Shown: positions 35,743-44,799 of the stretch, piece by piece
Layout: the number at the start of each line of letters is the position of its first letter
How positions within the stretch are numbered: the first letter of the stretch is position 1
Program-made: the position numbers and the translations under genes
Origin: an uncultured Candidatus Saccharibacteria bacterium
GTDB taxonomy: Bacteria; Patescibacteriota; Saccharimonadia; Saccharimonadales; SZUA-47
NCBI GenBank assembly: GCA_964419675.1
Contig: CAYQPN010000003.1
Span: forward strand, 75,985-139,984
DNA: 64,000 bases
Direction of reading: 5' to 3'
The notes under the pieces: model-generated
The model's database searches: none
What the model saw: the letters and a program-made list of their open reading frames with translations, nothing else
Told to the model about the DNA's origin: nothing

Positions 35743-36956
35743 CCCCTACCCCAGCGTACTGGTCTTAGGTGCGTGGACTCAGTAGCACGTGATTTTCCGT
35801 ATATTCGTTTAACAACTCGTCTTTGTGATAAATCGGTATACCTTGAAACCTGAAAAACTATCCCAACTGCTGCCATAACAAAAATTATACTGGTTCCTCC
35901 GTAGCTAACAAAAGGTAGAGTTATGCCTTTTAGTGGGAGTAGCCCAATCATGGCCCCCACATTTATCATCATCTGAACGCTCAACCATACCAGAATTCCA
36001 CTTACCAGCAATCTTGTGTAGTCGTTAGGGGAAGTCTCTGCGATGGACTTTATTCTTCTAAATAACAGAAAAAATACCGCAATTATAAGTGCTGAACCAA
36101 CGAAACCAAACTTCTCCGAGACTATTGCAAAAATAGAATCATTTGCTGCTTCTGGAAGGTAGCCATACGCCTGTACGCTTCGCCCAAGCCCTTTTCCGAA
36201 TATACCGCCTGAACCAACCGTTATAAGCGCTTGACAGGCTTGATAGCCCTCATTTTGACAATCTGCCGTGGGATTCAAGAATGTCGTAACCCTATCTCTT
36301 CTATATTGACTAGACATCACCGCCATTACAGTCACAGCAAGTACCACAAAACTGACTACTACCAACTTTTTCATAGGCAGACCCGCAACATATGCCATGA
36401 AGCCTACTATTGCCATCATGACAGCAGCAGAGCCTAAATCACTTTGGAGCCCTGCGACTACTAAAACTATTACCCCTACGGTAATTCCTATCATTTTTAG
36501 CGTATCTCTATGCGCAATGGATTGTTCTCGCTTCTGTTTTACGAGATAGCCCGCTAACCAGATGATTAGAGTGAATTTTATGAGTTCAGCTGCCTGAAAA
36601 GAAAACCCCCCAATCTGTAACCATCGATATGCACCATTTATTTCTTCCCCATAAAATCTAACTGAAACCGCCACTGCGGAAGATAAAACTATAAATGGTA
36701 TTGCTAGCTTCTTCCATATTGAAACTTTTATGACAGATGCTACTACAAACGCAATAATTCCAAGAGCAATTGCAGTCAGTTGTTTAACGGTATAAAAATT
36801 TTCTGGTAATCCTTTAATACTTGTTATGCCAGGCCCGATAGCAAAAACAGTTACTGCACCGAAGCCTAGAAGGATTGTCATTAGCAGAACAAGAATGTAG
36901 TCTGGACGGTGCTTCCTAACATCTTGGCCTGCGGAAACTGCCGATTGTCTTGGCAT
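35739..36956 (-). CDS. ftsW: SEDS-family peptidoglycan glycosyltransferase FtsW/RodA
   Basis: Ten-TM SEDS pattern (...LQSDLGSA...LPEAANDSIFA...GLLPLKGITLPFVSYGGTS). The track ORF begins at a TTG (37064) that overlaps mraY by 67 nt, so ATG at 36956 (Met37) is preferred. Confidence 0.85.
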   Translation of the reverse strand: MPRQSAVSAGQDVRKHRPDYILVLLMTILLGFGAVTVFAIGPGITSIKGLPENFYTVKQLTAIALGIIAFVVASVIKVSIWKKLAIPFIVLSSAVAVSVRFYGEEINGAYRWLQIGGFSFQAAELIKFTLIIWLAGYLVKQKREQSIAHRDTLKMIGITVGVIVLVVAGLQSDLGSAAVMMAIVGFMAYVAGLPMKKLVVVSFVVLAVTVMAVMSSQYRRDRVTTFLNPTADCQNEGYQACQALITVGSGGIFGKGLGRSVQAYGYLPEAANDSIFAIVSEKFGFVGSALIIAVFFLLFRRIKSIAETSPNDYTRLLVSGILVWLSVQMMINVGAMIGLLPLKGITLPFVSYGGTSIIFVMAAVGIVFQVSRYTDLSQRRVVKRIYGKSRATESTHLRPVRWGRG

Positions 36957-36997
36957 GACTCGCCTGCCCCGAGAAGCAGCCCCGAGTCGGCTTGAAT

Positions 36998-38038
36998 TCA
37001 CGCCACAAACTCCCTCAAGTAAATTATCAAACCAACTATGGATGAAATTATTCCTATAATCCAAAATCGCATTGTCACTTTTGTCTCCGGCCAGCCACTT
37101 GCTTCAAAATGGTGATGAATCGGAGCAATCTTAAACACTTTTTTGCCATTACGAAGTTTTTTGGAACTAATTTGTATTAAGCTTGATCCAGCTTCTACTA
37201 CAAAAACAAAACCTATTATTGGTAGTAACACTAGCGTGTCAGTTAACATTGCTACCACTCCGAGGGCTGTTCCTAAAGCAAAAGAACCGGAATCACCCAT
37301 GAAAAACCTTGCGGGATAAAGATTAAACCATGTATAGCTCAACAATGCCCCCACTAACGTTATACAGAATGCGGCAATGCCAGCCTCATTCTGCATTAAA
37401 GCTATAATAGCGTATGCACTAAAAGCGATAACTGCTAGTCCACCAGCCAAACCGTCTAAACCGTCACTGATATTTACTGCGTTTGCTGTTGATACAACTA
37501 CTAAAATAAACAGAGGTATAATTAACCATCCAAGTGTAAGATGTCCGATAAACGGTACAGTTATTGATGTAACGTCGAGTTTTGCAAAGAACCACCAACC
37601 GCCGACCAAAGATACAAGAAAAATTAAAATAGATTTAGACCTAGCGCGCATTCCCGCTATGCCTCCAGAAACACTTTTAATGTTCAAAAAGTCATCAACT
37701 AACCCTACTAGTCCTGCCCCAACCATCGCGGCAAGAGGAAGCCATGTTTGGGCACGGTCAAGGTTGCCCAATAATGTTATTAAGGCTGTCGTTAGAACAA
37801 AGATAATCCCTGCCATTGTTGGTATATTTGACCTATGCTTGGCTGCATGAAGTTTTTGATACACCGTTGCAGCTTCGCCTGTCACTGCGACAGTTCGGGC
37901 TTGTTTCCACCATTTATACTTGTAGGCAAGCGTTGTATATATAGGGGTAAGTAGCATTGATAACACGAAACCAAAGACTCCAAACATAAGTACTGATAAA
38001 ATTGATTCGTTCGTTAGGATTATGTTGATTTCTGTCAT
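36998..38038 (-). CDS. mraY: phospho-N-acetylmuramoyl-pentapeptide transferase MraY
   Basis: 346 aa. NAVNISDGLDGLA, GDSGSFALG and PIHHHFE motifs. Confidence 0.93.
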   Translation of the reverse strand: MTEINIILTNESILSVLMFGVFGFVLSMLLTPIYTTLAYKYKWWKQARTVAVTGEAATVYQKLHAAKHRSNIPTMAGIIFVLTTALITLLGNLDRAQTWLPLAAMVGAGLVGLVDDFLNIKSVSGGIAGMRARSKSILIFLVSLVGGWWFFAKLDVTSITVPFIGHLTLGWLIIPLFILVVVSTANAVNISDGLDGLAGGLAVIAFSAYAIIALMQNEAGIAAFCITLVGALLSYTWFNLYPARFFMGDSGSFALGTALGVVAMLTDTLVLLPIIGFVFVVEAGSSLIQISSKKLRNGKKVFKIAPIHHHFEASGWPETKVTMRFWIIGIISSIVGLIIYLREFVA

Positions 38039-38068
38039 ATTTATTTCCGTTTCTTGACTCTTATTATA

Positions 38069-39832
38069 TCACTGATTGGTCTTTGCCTTAACCGAGAAGT
38101 TGTCTATTAACATATTCGATAGAGAGGCAAAAATAGGTCCAGCAGCCCGAGACCCGGCGTAACCGCCAATTTTAGGTTCATTAACCCTGACAAAAATTAC
38201 ATATTCTGGCTTGTCACCTCCGACAAACCCCATATACGTACCATTAAATCTGTCATCATAATACCCTCCGGCAGGATTTGCAATTTCTGCAGTACCAGTT
38301 TTACCCCCAACGCTATAACCAGCCCGAATAGCCGGTCTATTTACGTTATTCACTACGTTATTCATGAAGCCTATGACGGTGTTAGACACTTCCGGCGAAA
38401 TAACGTTTTGTTTTACGATTTCTGGTTTCTTTTCTGTTTCTACACCACTCGAATCAATAGTCGAAGCAACCAGATGAGGCTTATAGTAAGTCCCGCCGTT
38501 AACGATAGACGCTAGTGCAGTTATCATCTGCAGTGGAGTAGCGGTCATACCCTGCCCGAAACTGGTGTTTACGTATTTAATGTTAAGCCCAAACCCCTCA
38601 GTAGGGCTAGGAACAATACCTTCAGATTCATATCCCTGTTCAATTCCCGTTATCTTACCCAATTGAAAATGATTGGTCATGTAATCGTTCCAGAGTAGTC
38701 TTCCCTTTTCATTAAATTCTCCATTGCCCATTTGTAGTAATAGCCAAGATGCACCAGTGTTTAGTGAGTATCTTAAAATATCGGAGACTGTTCGCTGTGC
38801 AGCTCCTCCGTCTTCTTCAATGTTTTTTACGGTGTAACCATCTACTTTATAAAAACTAGGGTCATAGTACGACTGGTCAGGTGTTACAGAACCGCTGTCT
38901 AGGGCCGCTGAGGTAGTTAAGACCTTCATAATTGAGCCTGGCTCTAACGGAGAGCTAACAGAAGCATTAGTAAACAGCGAAGCATCTTCTACTTCCCCGA
39001 ACTTGGCCGGATCGTAACTTGGATAGTTTGAAATAGCCTTTATCGCTCCAGTGTATGGATCCATTATTATTGCACTACCTGAATTACTGATTGCGTTTTT
39101 TAAACCTTCGGCTAATATTTTTTCAAGCTGTTGTTGCATTGCAACGTCAATTGTCAGCACTACGTCGCTACCATCTACCGGATCTTCTTGAATATTTTCA
39201 CCGCTAGCAAGCAGAGGTATACCATTCTGGTCTGTTAGAGCTCTTATTTTTCCCGCCTTACCGGCCAAATCGGTATTTAGATATTGTTCAATACCATAGT
39301 TGCCTTCTCCTTCATCATTAACAAAGCCTAATGTTTGAGCGGCCAATGGGCCCTGAGGGTACACCCGTTGAATGACTTTCTCGGTAAATATACCTTTTAG
39401 TTTTTTTGAAGTTATTTCTGATTCTATTGCTTGTTTTACTTCTTTAGTTTGCTTCTTTGCCAATATCTCATAACGTGAATTCTTAACTTGAAGAGCCTGC
39501 TCAATGGTTGTTCTCTCTACCTTTAATATATCTGCCAGAAGTAGAGCTTCTGATTCAACATCGGACACAAATTCTGGGTCAGCAACGATGTTATAGCGTA
39601 TTTCGTTTAATACTAGCGGGACTTTTTGCCCACCGTCTTCCGCAAATATAGTCCCTCTGGTAGCCGGAATTTCATAACGTTTAAGCTGGTTACCCTCTGC
39701 TTGAGCTTGATAATAGTCATAACGAATAACCTGTAAATAAAAAAGTCGCCCTATGAATATTATAAATACAACAATTAACAACGCATAGAGTGAGCGTATC
39801 CGTCTGTTTGAATTAACCTGAATGTCTTCCAT
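38069..39832 (-). CDS. ftsI: class B penicillin-binding protein (FtsI/PBP2-type transpeptidase)
   Basis: 587 aa. N-terminal TM, SxxK (GSIMK), SxN (YSLN) and KTGT (GGKTGTAE). Confidence 0.88.
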   Translation of the reverse strand: MEDIQVNSNRRIRSLYALLIVVFIIFIGRLFYLQVIRYDYYQAQAEGNQLKRYEIPATRGTIFAEDGGQKVPLVLNEIRYNIVADPEFVSDVESEALLLADILKVERTTIEQALQVKNSRYEILAKKQTKEVKQAIESEITSKKLKGIFTEKVIQRVYPQGPLAAQTLGFVNDEGEGNYGIEQYLNTDLAGKAGKIRALTDQNGIPLLASGENIQEDPVDGSDVVLTIDVAMQQQLEKILAEGLKNAISNSGSAIIMDPYTGAIKAISNYPSYDPAKFGEVEDASLFTNASVSSPLEPGSIMKVLTTSAALDSGSVTPDQSYYDPSFYKVDGYTVKNIEEDGGAAQRTVSDILRYSLNTGASWLLLQMGNGEFNEKGRLLWNDYMTNHFQLGKITGIEQGYESEGIVPSPTEGFGLNIKYVNTSFGQGMTATPLQMITALASIVNGGTYYKPHLVASTIDSSGVETEKKPEIVKQNVISPEVSNTVIGFMNNVVNNVNRPAIRAGYSVGGKTGTAEIANPAGGYYDDRFNGTYMGFVGGDKPEYVIFVRVNEPKIGGYAGSRAAGPIFASLSNMLIDNFSVKAKTNQ

Positions 39833-39887
39833 ACTATTATTATACTTGTTGAGGTACTAGTCTTTTTTCTAGACTGTACTAAACAAC

Positions 39888-40235
39888 TTAGTTTTGAATA
39901 GTTCCCGATGGAGCAACTGATACTAGGCCTGCTGCAGCCTGAGCAACTTTTTCGGAATCAAGTGAACGCAAGCGAGCTGCGGTTAGCTCTAGGTCCTTTT
40001 GGTCTTCTTTAAGCTGTGATTGCTTACTTTCTAAGCTATTAATCTTATAGCTAAAAGAGTTAGTCTTTGTGACCTGCGTCAAATAAACTAAACCTATTAA
40101 ACAAACCATGACGAGAATCGTTATGGCGTTGGTTATAGGTCCTAACCTTTTTGTTTCTTGTTTGTAGCTTACAGCGTTTTGACCACGCGTTGAAAAGCGT
40201 TGTCTGCTGATGCTGGATGCTGATGAATATGTCAT
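39888..40235 (-). CDS. ftsL: FtsL-like bitopic cell-division protein
   Basis: 115 aa. One TM plus a coiled-coil segment (SLESKQSQLKEDQKDLELTAARLRSL). Position between rsmH and the PBP gene. Confidence 0.55.
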   Translation of the reverse strand: MTYSSASSISRQRFSTRGQNAVSYKQETKRLGPITNAITILVMVCLIGLVYLTQVTKTNSFSYKINSLESKQSQLKEDQKDLELTAARLRSLDSEKVAQAAAGLVSVAPSGTIQN

Positions 40236-40408
40236 ACTTTTGTTTTTGTTTCTTTACTCAGTCACCTTAGGAGAGAAAAAACGGGCGCGTTATTTCTTCT
40301 CCTTTGAGGTGACCAAGATTTTTTTGTTTGCCCACACTCTTTTTAGTGTGTATATAGGGTGCTAGTCAAAGCGTCTTCTCTTGAATTTCAAGATCAAACA
40401 ACTCTAAC

Positions 40409-40457
40409 TTTTACCTTATAGGAGCGTGAGCTTGATTTTACCTGTATAGGCATGAGC
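40409..40457. repeat. tandem ~24-nt direct repeat abutting the rsmH stop codon
   Basis: TTTTACCTTATAGGAGCGTGAGCT (40409-40432) versus TTTTACCTGTATAGGCATGAGCT (40436-40457). Confidence 0.6.
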
Positions 40458-40458
40458 T

Positions 40459-41355
40459 CTACCCGCCCTTTCTTTTTGTTGTTTTTATTTTCACTGCGAC
40501 TCGTAGCTTCGCACTACGGGCACGCGGATTAAGGACTAATTCATCTGACGCAGCCGTGATGGGTTTCTTTGTTAAAACTCTCAGGTCAGCATCATATCTA
40601 TTCCCGCCATATTCGTTGAAAAATTGTTTTACTAACAAATCCTCAAGACTATGGAACGAAATAACTGCAAGGCGTCCGCCTGGTGCTAGAAGTTTGAGCC
40701 AAATAGGCAATGATTGGCGCAATTGCTCTAACTCGTCATTCACAGCTATTCTAATAGCCTGAAATGTTCTTGTGGCAGGATGTACCCGACTATATCCGGG
40801 CCAAGCCTTGCTAACTATGTTTGCAAGTTCGTGTGTCGATTTAAACGGCCGGTGTTCCACTATAAGCGAGGCTATATGCCTGGCTTTAGGTTCCTGCGCA
40901 TATTCTTTTAAAATACGCGTAAGCTCCTTTTCAGAATACGTATTTACCAAAACTCCAGCACTAAGGGCTTGGTTCTGGTCCATACGCATATCTAGTGGTC
41001 CATCGCTGTTTATAGAAAACCCACGACTCGCTATGTCAAGGTGCGGTGACGACACGCCTAAATCTGCAATAATAATGTCAAATCGTTCTTCTTTATTCAC
41101 TAGCTCTTGGCTAGCTGATAAGAAATCTAACTGACGTATTGAAATATCTGATTTTCCCACAAAACGCTTTTTTAGTGCTTCAACCGCATTATTATCGCGG
41201 TCTACTAACACTGCTGTTGCATTTGTAGCCTTCAGTATTTCGTTTGCGTGTCCACCGTACCCTGCCGTTAAGTCTAAATATGATTCACCCTTTTTGGGGC
41301 TTATCGTCTCTAGTACTTCGCGCAAGAGTACAGGTATGTGATTTTGTTTTGGCAT
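40459..41355 (-). CDS. rsmH: 16S rRNA (cytosine1402-N4)-methyltransferase RsmH
   Basis: 298 aa. HIPVLLREVLE, DLTAGYGGHA, DLGVSSPHLD and SFHSLEDL motifs. Confidence 0.93.
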   Translation of the reverse strand: MPKQNHIPVLLREVLETISPKKGESYLDLTAGYGGHANEILKATNATAVLVDRDNNAVEALKKRFVGKSDISIRQLDFLSASQELVNKEERFDIIIADLGVSSPHLDIASRGFSINSDGPLDMRMDQNQALSAGVLVNTYSEKELTRILKEYAQEPKARHIASLIVEHRPFKSTHELANIVSKAWPGYSRVHPATRTFQAIRIAVNDELEQLRQSLPIWLKLLAPGGRLAVISFHSLEDLLVKQFFNEYGGNRYDADLRVLTKKPITAASDELVLNPRARSAKLRVAVKIKTTKRKGG

Positions 41356-41410
41356 GACTTTTTCTTGTTTATTTTTAGAGGACTATGAGATGGGACAAGC
41401 CCCCTCTCAT

Positions 41411-41463
41411 CGCGCGGTGTGCGGAACAAATCCGACACTCCGGCTGCTCTCCCCAGAAACATC
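41411..41463. repeat. GC-rich motif copy A in the mraZ-rsmH spacer
   Basis: CGCGCGG-[hairpin CGGTGTGCGGA/TCCGACACTCCG]-CCGGCTGCTCTCCCC-AGAAACATC. Confidence 0.55.
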
Positions 41464-41779
41464 TTTCTATTTGTTTTTATTTTTGCAAGGTCACCTAATC
41501 AGCAGCCAACTTTTTGTTTTGAAAAGTTTTTGTTTTTGTTTATCTAAAACGATGCGAATTTCGGAAGTTATGTGTAAGAGATTTAAAAAATCCCTAAATA
41601 ATCTTCTTTCTCATCTGGTTTTAGAAGTTGAGAGACTTATGTGTGAGGTGGAGTTTTGGGAGGTGTTTTTTATGGAATGTACGAAGGTTTTTAATGTGGT
41701 TACCTTAAATCCACATGTTGGTTGCCGATTAGCTAACCTCGAGGCGTGGTATCAAGACACCCCTTCGGGGTTTCTTGGG

Positions 41780-41831
41780 CGCGCGGGGAACGAAATAAAT
41801 TCGTTCATCCGGCTGCTCTTCCCGATGCATC
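41780..41831. repeat. GC-rich motif copy B in the mraZ-rsmH spacer
   Basis: CGCGCGG-[hairpin GAACGAA/TTCGTTC]-CCGGCTGCTCTTCCC-GATGCATC. The flanks match copy A; the hairpin has a different sequence at the same position. Confidence 0.55.
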
Positions 41832-41906
41832 GCTACATCAGAAAAAACTCTTTGGTTTTCTAATCTTTTTTCTTGCTAAATTTTTAATGTACTTAAACTA
41901 TGGATA

Positions 41907-42266
41907 CTACTTAGCGATTATCCGCCAGTAACGTCCTACACTAACGACAGAAATGTCTCGGTCTATTCCGGCATAAGAGAGGAGATGCTGTTCAAGCGTT
42001 ATCCTTCCCTGCTTACCATCTAGTTGAGCCTGGATCTTGCCTGTTCTAAATTGAACGTTCAGATCTGCTACGCGCTCATCTAAGATGTCGCCGTCTAGTT
42101 TTGGTTCCACTAGCTCTTCCCATACCTTTTTAGGATATAGGTGTAAGTAGTGTCCAAACCCGCGGGTGATGACCACTCCATCTGCAAGGCTATCCCGTAG
42201 TTCTGTTGGGATAGTTAGCCGACGTTTCTCGTCTAGCTTGCGTTCGAAGTAATCTACCTTACCCAT
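41907..42266 (-). CDS. mraZ: transcriptional regulator MraZ
   Basis: 119 aa with two SpoVT/AbrB-like half-domains (LDEKRRLTIPTELR and LDGKQGRITLEQHLLSYAGIDRDISVVSVGRYWRI). First gene of the dcw cluster. Confidence 0.85.
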   Translation of the reverse strand: MGKVDYFERKLDEKRRLTIPTELRDSLADGVVITRGFGHYLHLYPKKVWEELVEPKLDGDILDERVADLNVQFRTGKIQAQLDGKQGRITLEQHLLSYAGIDRDISVVSVGRYWRIIAK

Positions 42267-42327
42267 TTAGTGAATGTTTAATCCTTTTAGTGGTTTTTGT
42301 TTTTTAATTTGTTGTAACTGTTTTGGT

Positions 42328-42374
42328 TACCACATTTACCCACTAACAAGAGCATACTACCCACTCGAACCCAC
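42328..42374 (-). promoter_or_regulatory. candidate MraZ operator: phased GTGGGT direct repeats upstream of mraZ
   Basis: On the plus strand, ACCCAC occurs at 42338-42343, 42359-42364 and 42369-42374, with a degenerate TACCAC at 42328-42333. Spacing is 10/21/10 nt. Read on the mraZ strand, these are GTGGGT repeats 70-110 nt upstream of the start. Confidence 0.55.
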
Positions 42375-42494
42375 ATGCAAGTCTTTTTTCTCTGTTTATT
42401 AGAGTTTTTCCACAGTATAAAATTTGTCTACACCACTATCCACAACATATGGTGTTATAAGTGTGTTTAACTACGCTATTGGTTAATTTCCCGA

Positions 42495-42782
42495 CTAAGG
42501 TTGATCTGGAGGGAAACAAACTTTTACATGGTCTCCAGGTTGTAAATTCCCGAAATTTATTCCCGGGTTCATTGACTCAGTTTGACTAACACGTTCATCA
42601 CTCCCACCTGTAAGGTCCCACACTCTATCGCCAGGTTGAATTATTACATCTCTAGTATCGCAAGAAACAACTTCATCGCCACAAGCGGAGACACCGCCAG
42701 CGGTCAAGAGCAGTGCAGAGGCTGCTACCAATAGCCTTCTTTTTGGTGGTTTTGCAATATCGGGATTACTTGTTTGATCCAT
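42495..42782 (-). CDS. small lipoprotein, hypothetical
   Basis: 95 aa. Signal peptide with lipobox LLLTAGGVSAC. Possible LysM-like segment (weak). Confidence 0.5.
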   Translation of the reverse strand: MDQTSNPDIAKPPKRRLLVAASALLLTAGGVSACGDEVVSCDTRDVIIQPGDRVWDLTGGSDERVSQTESMNPGINFGNLQPGDHVKVCFPPDQP

Positions 42783-42826
42783 AACTTAATTATACCGTAT
42801 ATGGTTACAATTGTCAATGTTATTCT

Positions 42827-44116
42827 TTAGCTTGAAAGTTCTTTTATTCTTTCTGCATACCATTTTGCGCTAGGGCGAATTTTTCTTTCCATTGTTTTTC
42901 TGTCTACTTCTATTAAGCCAAATTTAGGCCACCAACCGTATGCCCATTCAAAATTATCAAACAGACTCCAGTGCAGATATCCAATCACCTTAATGTCTTC
43001 ACTAATTGCCCGCTCCATTGCCACAATTGTCTGTTCTAACCACCATTTGCGGTTTATGTCGTTCATATCTGCCAAGCCATTTTCTGTAATCATTATTGGT
43101 TTATGGTAGTGTGCCCACGCTCTAACTATTAGTGGATACAGCCCCTCTGGTTCCATGTACCAACCTAAATCGTTCTTAGGATAGTTTGGATTCTCTCTAT
43201 AAAAAACTTCGTGAGATTTTATTCCTTTGTAATCCCTAAACCGGTAGTAGTCTGTGAAATAATAATTGAAACCTACAAAGTCTTGGTACTTATCTACTCT
43301 GTTATAAAACCACCAATTCCAAAAATAGCGCATCCACCTTGTGGCTATATTATCCAAAATATTCTGAGGTCTTTTGGGCTCTACATTAGCAAATTGTGAC
43401 GCCAAGCCAATCTGCAATTTTGGGTTAGATTTCTTTAAAACTGGGTAGATAGCTTTGTGTGCCTTAGTGAGTAAGTAATACACTTTTATAAAAGTTATGT
43501 AATTCTTCTTATTTGGAGGCCACTCAGAGGTAGCATAGCCAAAACTGGAGTACACATTAGGCTCATTAATCGTCAACACGTATTTTAATTTGTGCATTGG
43601 CAGTTCAGCAGTCATCTTCTCGACGAATTTTACAAAATGCTTAATGTTTTTTCTTTTTTCAAAGCCCCCCATGTCTGTAAACCAAGTCGGCATGGTCCAA
43701 TGCCAGATATTTAAAATTGGTTCTATGCCTTGCTTAAGCAGTTCTTCAATGTAATCTCTATAGTGTTGCCATTCAGCTTCAACCCACTTACCTTGTTCTG
43801 GCTCTACTCTCGACCATTCGATCCCAAACCTAAACGAATTTAAATTTAAAGATTTTGCTAGTTTAAAATCTTCTTTGTATCGTTTGTAATGCTCAATACC
43901 AGACCCGGATATATAGTTTTCTGGGTCAGTTGCTAAGGCGCTAATTTGGTCCCAAGCAGGCATCCAAGACAACCTCTTCTTAGCAGTTTTTGCTAACCTG
44001 GACGCGTTCTCTAGCTCCCAAACAGTCCATTGGTTAAAATTATCGCCCTCAACCTGATGGCTGGCTGTACTTGCCCCCCACAAGAAGTCTTTAGGAAATA
44101 GTTTATTTTCTTTCAT
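42827..44116 (-). CDS. glycoside hydrolase family 1 beta-glucosidase
   Basis: 429 aa. FLWGASTASHQVEG, acid/base TINEPNVY and nucleophile ITENGLAD. Confidence 0.92.
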   Translation of the reverse strand: MKENKLFPKDFLWGASTASHQVEGDNFNQWTVWELENASRLAKTAKKRLSWMPAWDQISALATDPENYISGSGIEHYKRYKEDFKLAKSLNLNSFRFGIEWSRVEPEQGKWVEAEWQHYRDYIEELLKQGIEPILNIWHWTMPTWFTDMGGFEKRKNIKHFVKFVEKMTAELPMHKLKYVLTINEPNVYSSFGYATSEWPPNKKNYITFIKVYYLLTKAHKAIYPVLKKSNPKLQIGLASQFANVEPKRPQNILDNIATRWMRYFWNWWFYNRVDKYQDFVGFNYYFTDYYRFRDYKGIKSHEVFYRENPNYPKNDLGWYMEPEGLYPLIVRAWAHYHKPIMITENGLADMNDINRKWWLEQTIVAMERAISEDIKVIGYLHWSLFDNFEWAYGWWPKFGLIEVDRKTMERKIRPSAKWYAERIKELSS

Positions 44117-44142
44117 AACTTTAAGGATATTGTATCAGTTTT

Positions 44143-44760
44143 TTAAAATAACATCTCAGTGGCTTGCTCTAACGAATTAACCTCAATGTGCCTGCTATTT
44201 TGCGGCGCCACTATAAAATTTCTATTCAGCCAATAATGCTCCCAGCTAGGTGGTAAGTTTAGTGGAGCCTTATCATCAACTAATACCCCATTAATGTTTG
44301 GTCCGACGAAGTTTTTCAGTAGATACTTGGCTTTATGAACGTCAACAACCCGAATTGGTAGCGCCGATACAAGGTTGCATAAACCAATCTTGAACAATTG
44401 GTACTCTTTGTTGCCGTAAGTTAGAATTCCTACTTTTTCAAAGTTTTGCAAATCTACTGATTGCAAAAAGTGATGAGAATCATCATAGCAAAAATGCACA
44501 TTATCTTTTTTGATGCGAGCTTTAATCTTATCTACAATCAGACCCCACTCCACACCCGTGACAGCCCGGATATGATCTTCATGCCTATATAGTCTTAGTA
44601 ACCCCTGCTTGTCTTGGGCGTCATGATACTGTTCGAATGTATCCAATAATTCCCCTTTTTTGCATAGCCTTAATTTCACAAAATAATTATCCAGCCACTC
44701 TGCAAATTTTTTATGGTCAAACAGAGTTTCATCAAAATCAATAAATACATGGTTTATCAT
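44143..44760 (-). CDS. HAD-superfamily hydrolase-like protein
   Basis: 205 aa with N-terminal motif I FIDFDETLFD (DxDxT). Confidence 0.55.
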   Translation of the reverse strand: MINHVFIDFDETLFDHKKFAEWLDNYFVKLRLCKKGELLDTFEQYHDAQDKQGLLRLYRHEDHIRAVTGVEWGLIVDKIKARIKKDNVHFCYDDSHHFLQSVDLQNFEKVGILTYGNKEYQLFKIGLCNLVSALPIRVVDVHKAKYLLKNFVGPNINGVLVDDKAPLNLPPSWEHYWLNRNFIVAPQNSRHIEVNSLEQATEMLF

Positions 44761-44799
44761 TATTTACTCCTAGCAGACTTAACTTACTTATTTTTTTCT

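Noticed and set aside
35739-37064. TTG start at 37064 for ftsW, giving a 67-nt overlap with mraY
   Set aside because: The N-terminal 36 residues are not SEDS-like and depend on a TTG codon inside mraY. ATG at 36956 yields a conventional N-terminus followed by the first TM helix.
41411-41831. The reverse-strand GGGAAGAGCAGCCGG read as an SRP-like GGAAGCAGCC motif
   Set aside because: The similarity is only partial. There is no closing GGAA tetraloop helix, and the motif is present twice in one spacer.
41354-41863. 169-aa plus-strand ORF filling the mraZ-rsmH spacer
   Set aside because: Its composition is Cys/Phe/Leu-rich and not protein-like, it has no RBS, and it spans the duplicated GC-rich motifs. 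I treated it as a chance ORF in non-coding sequence.
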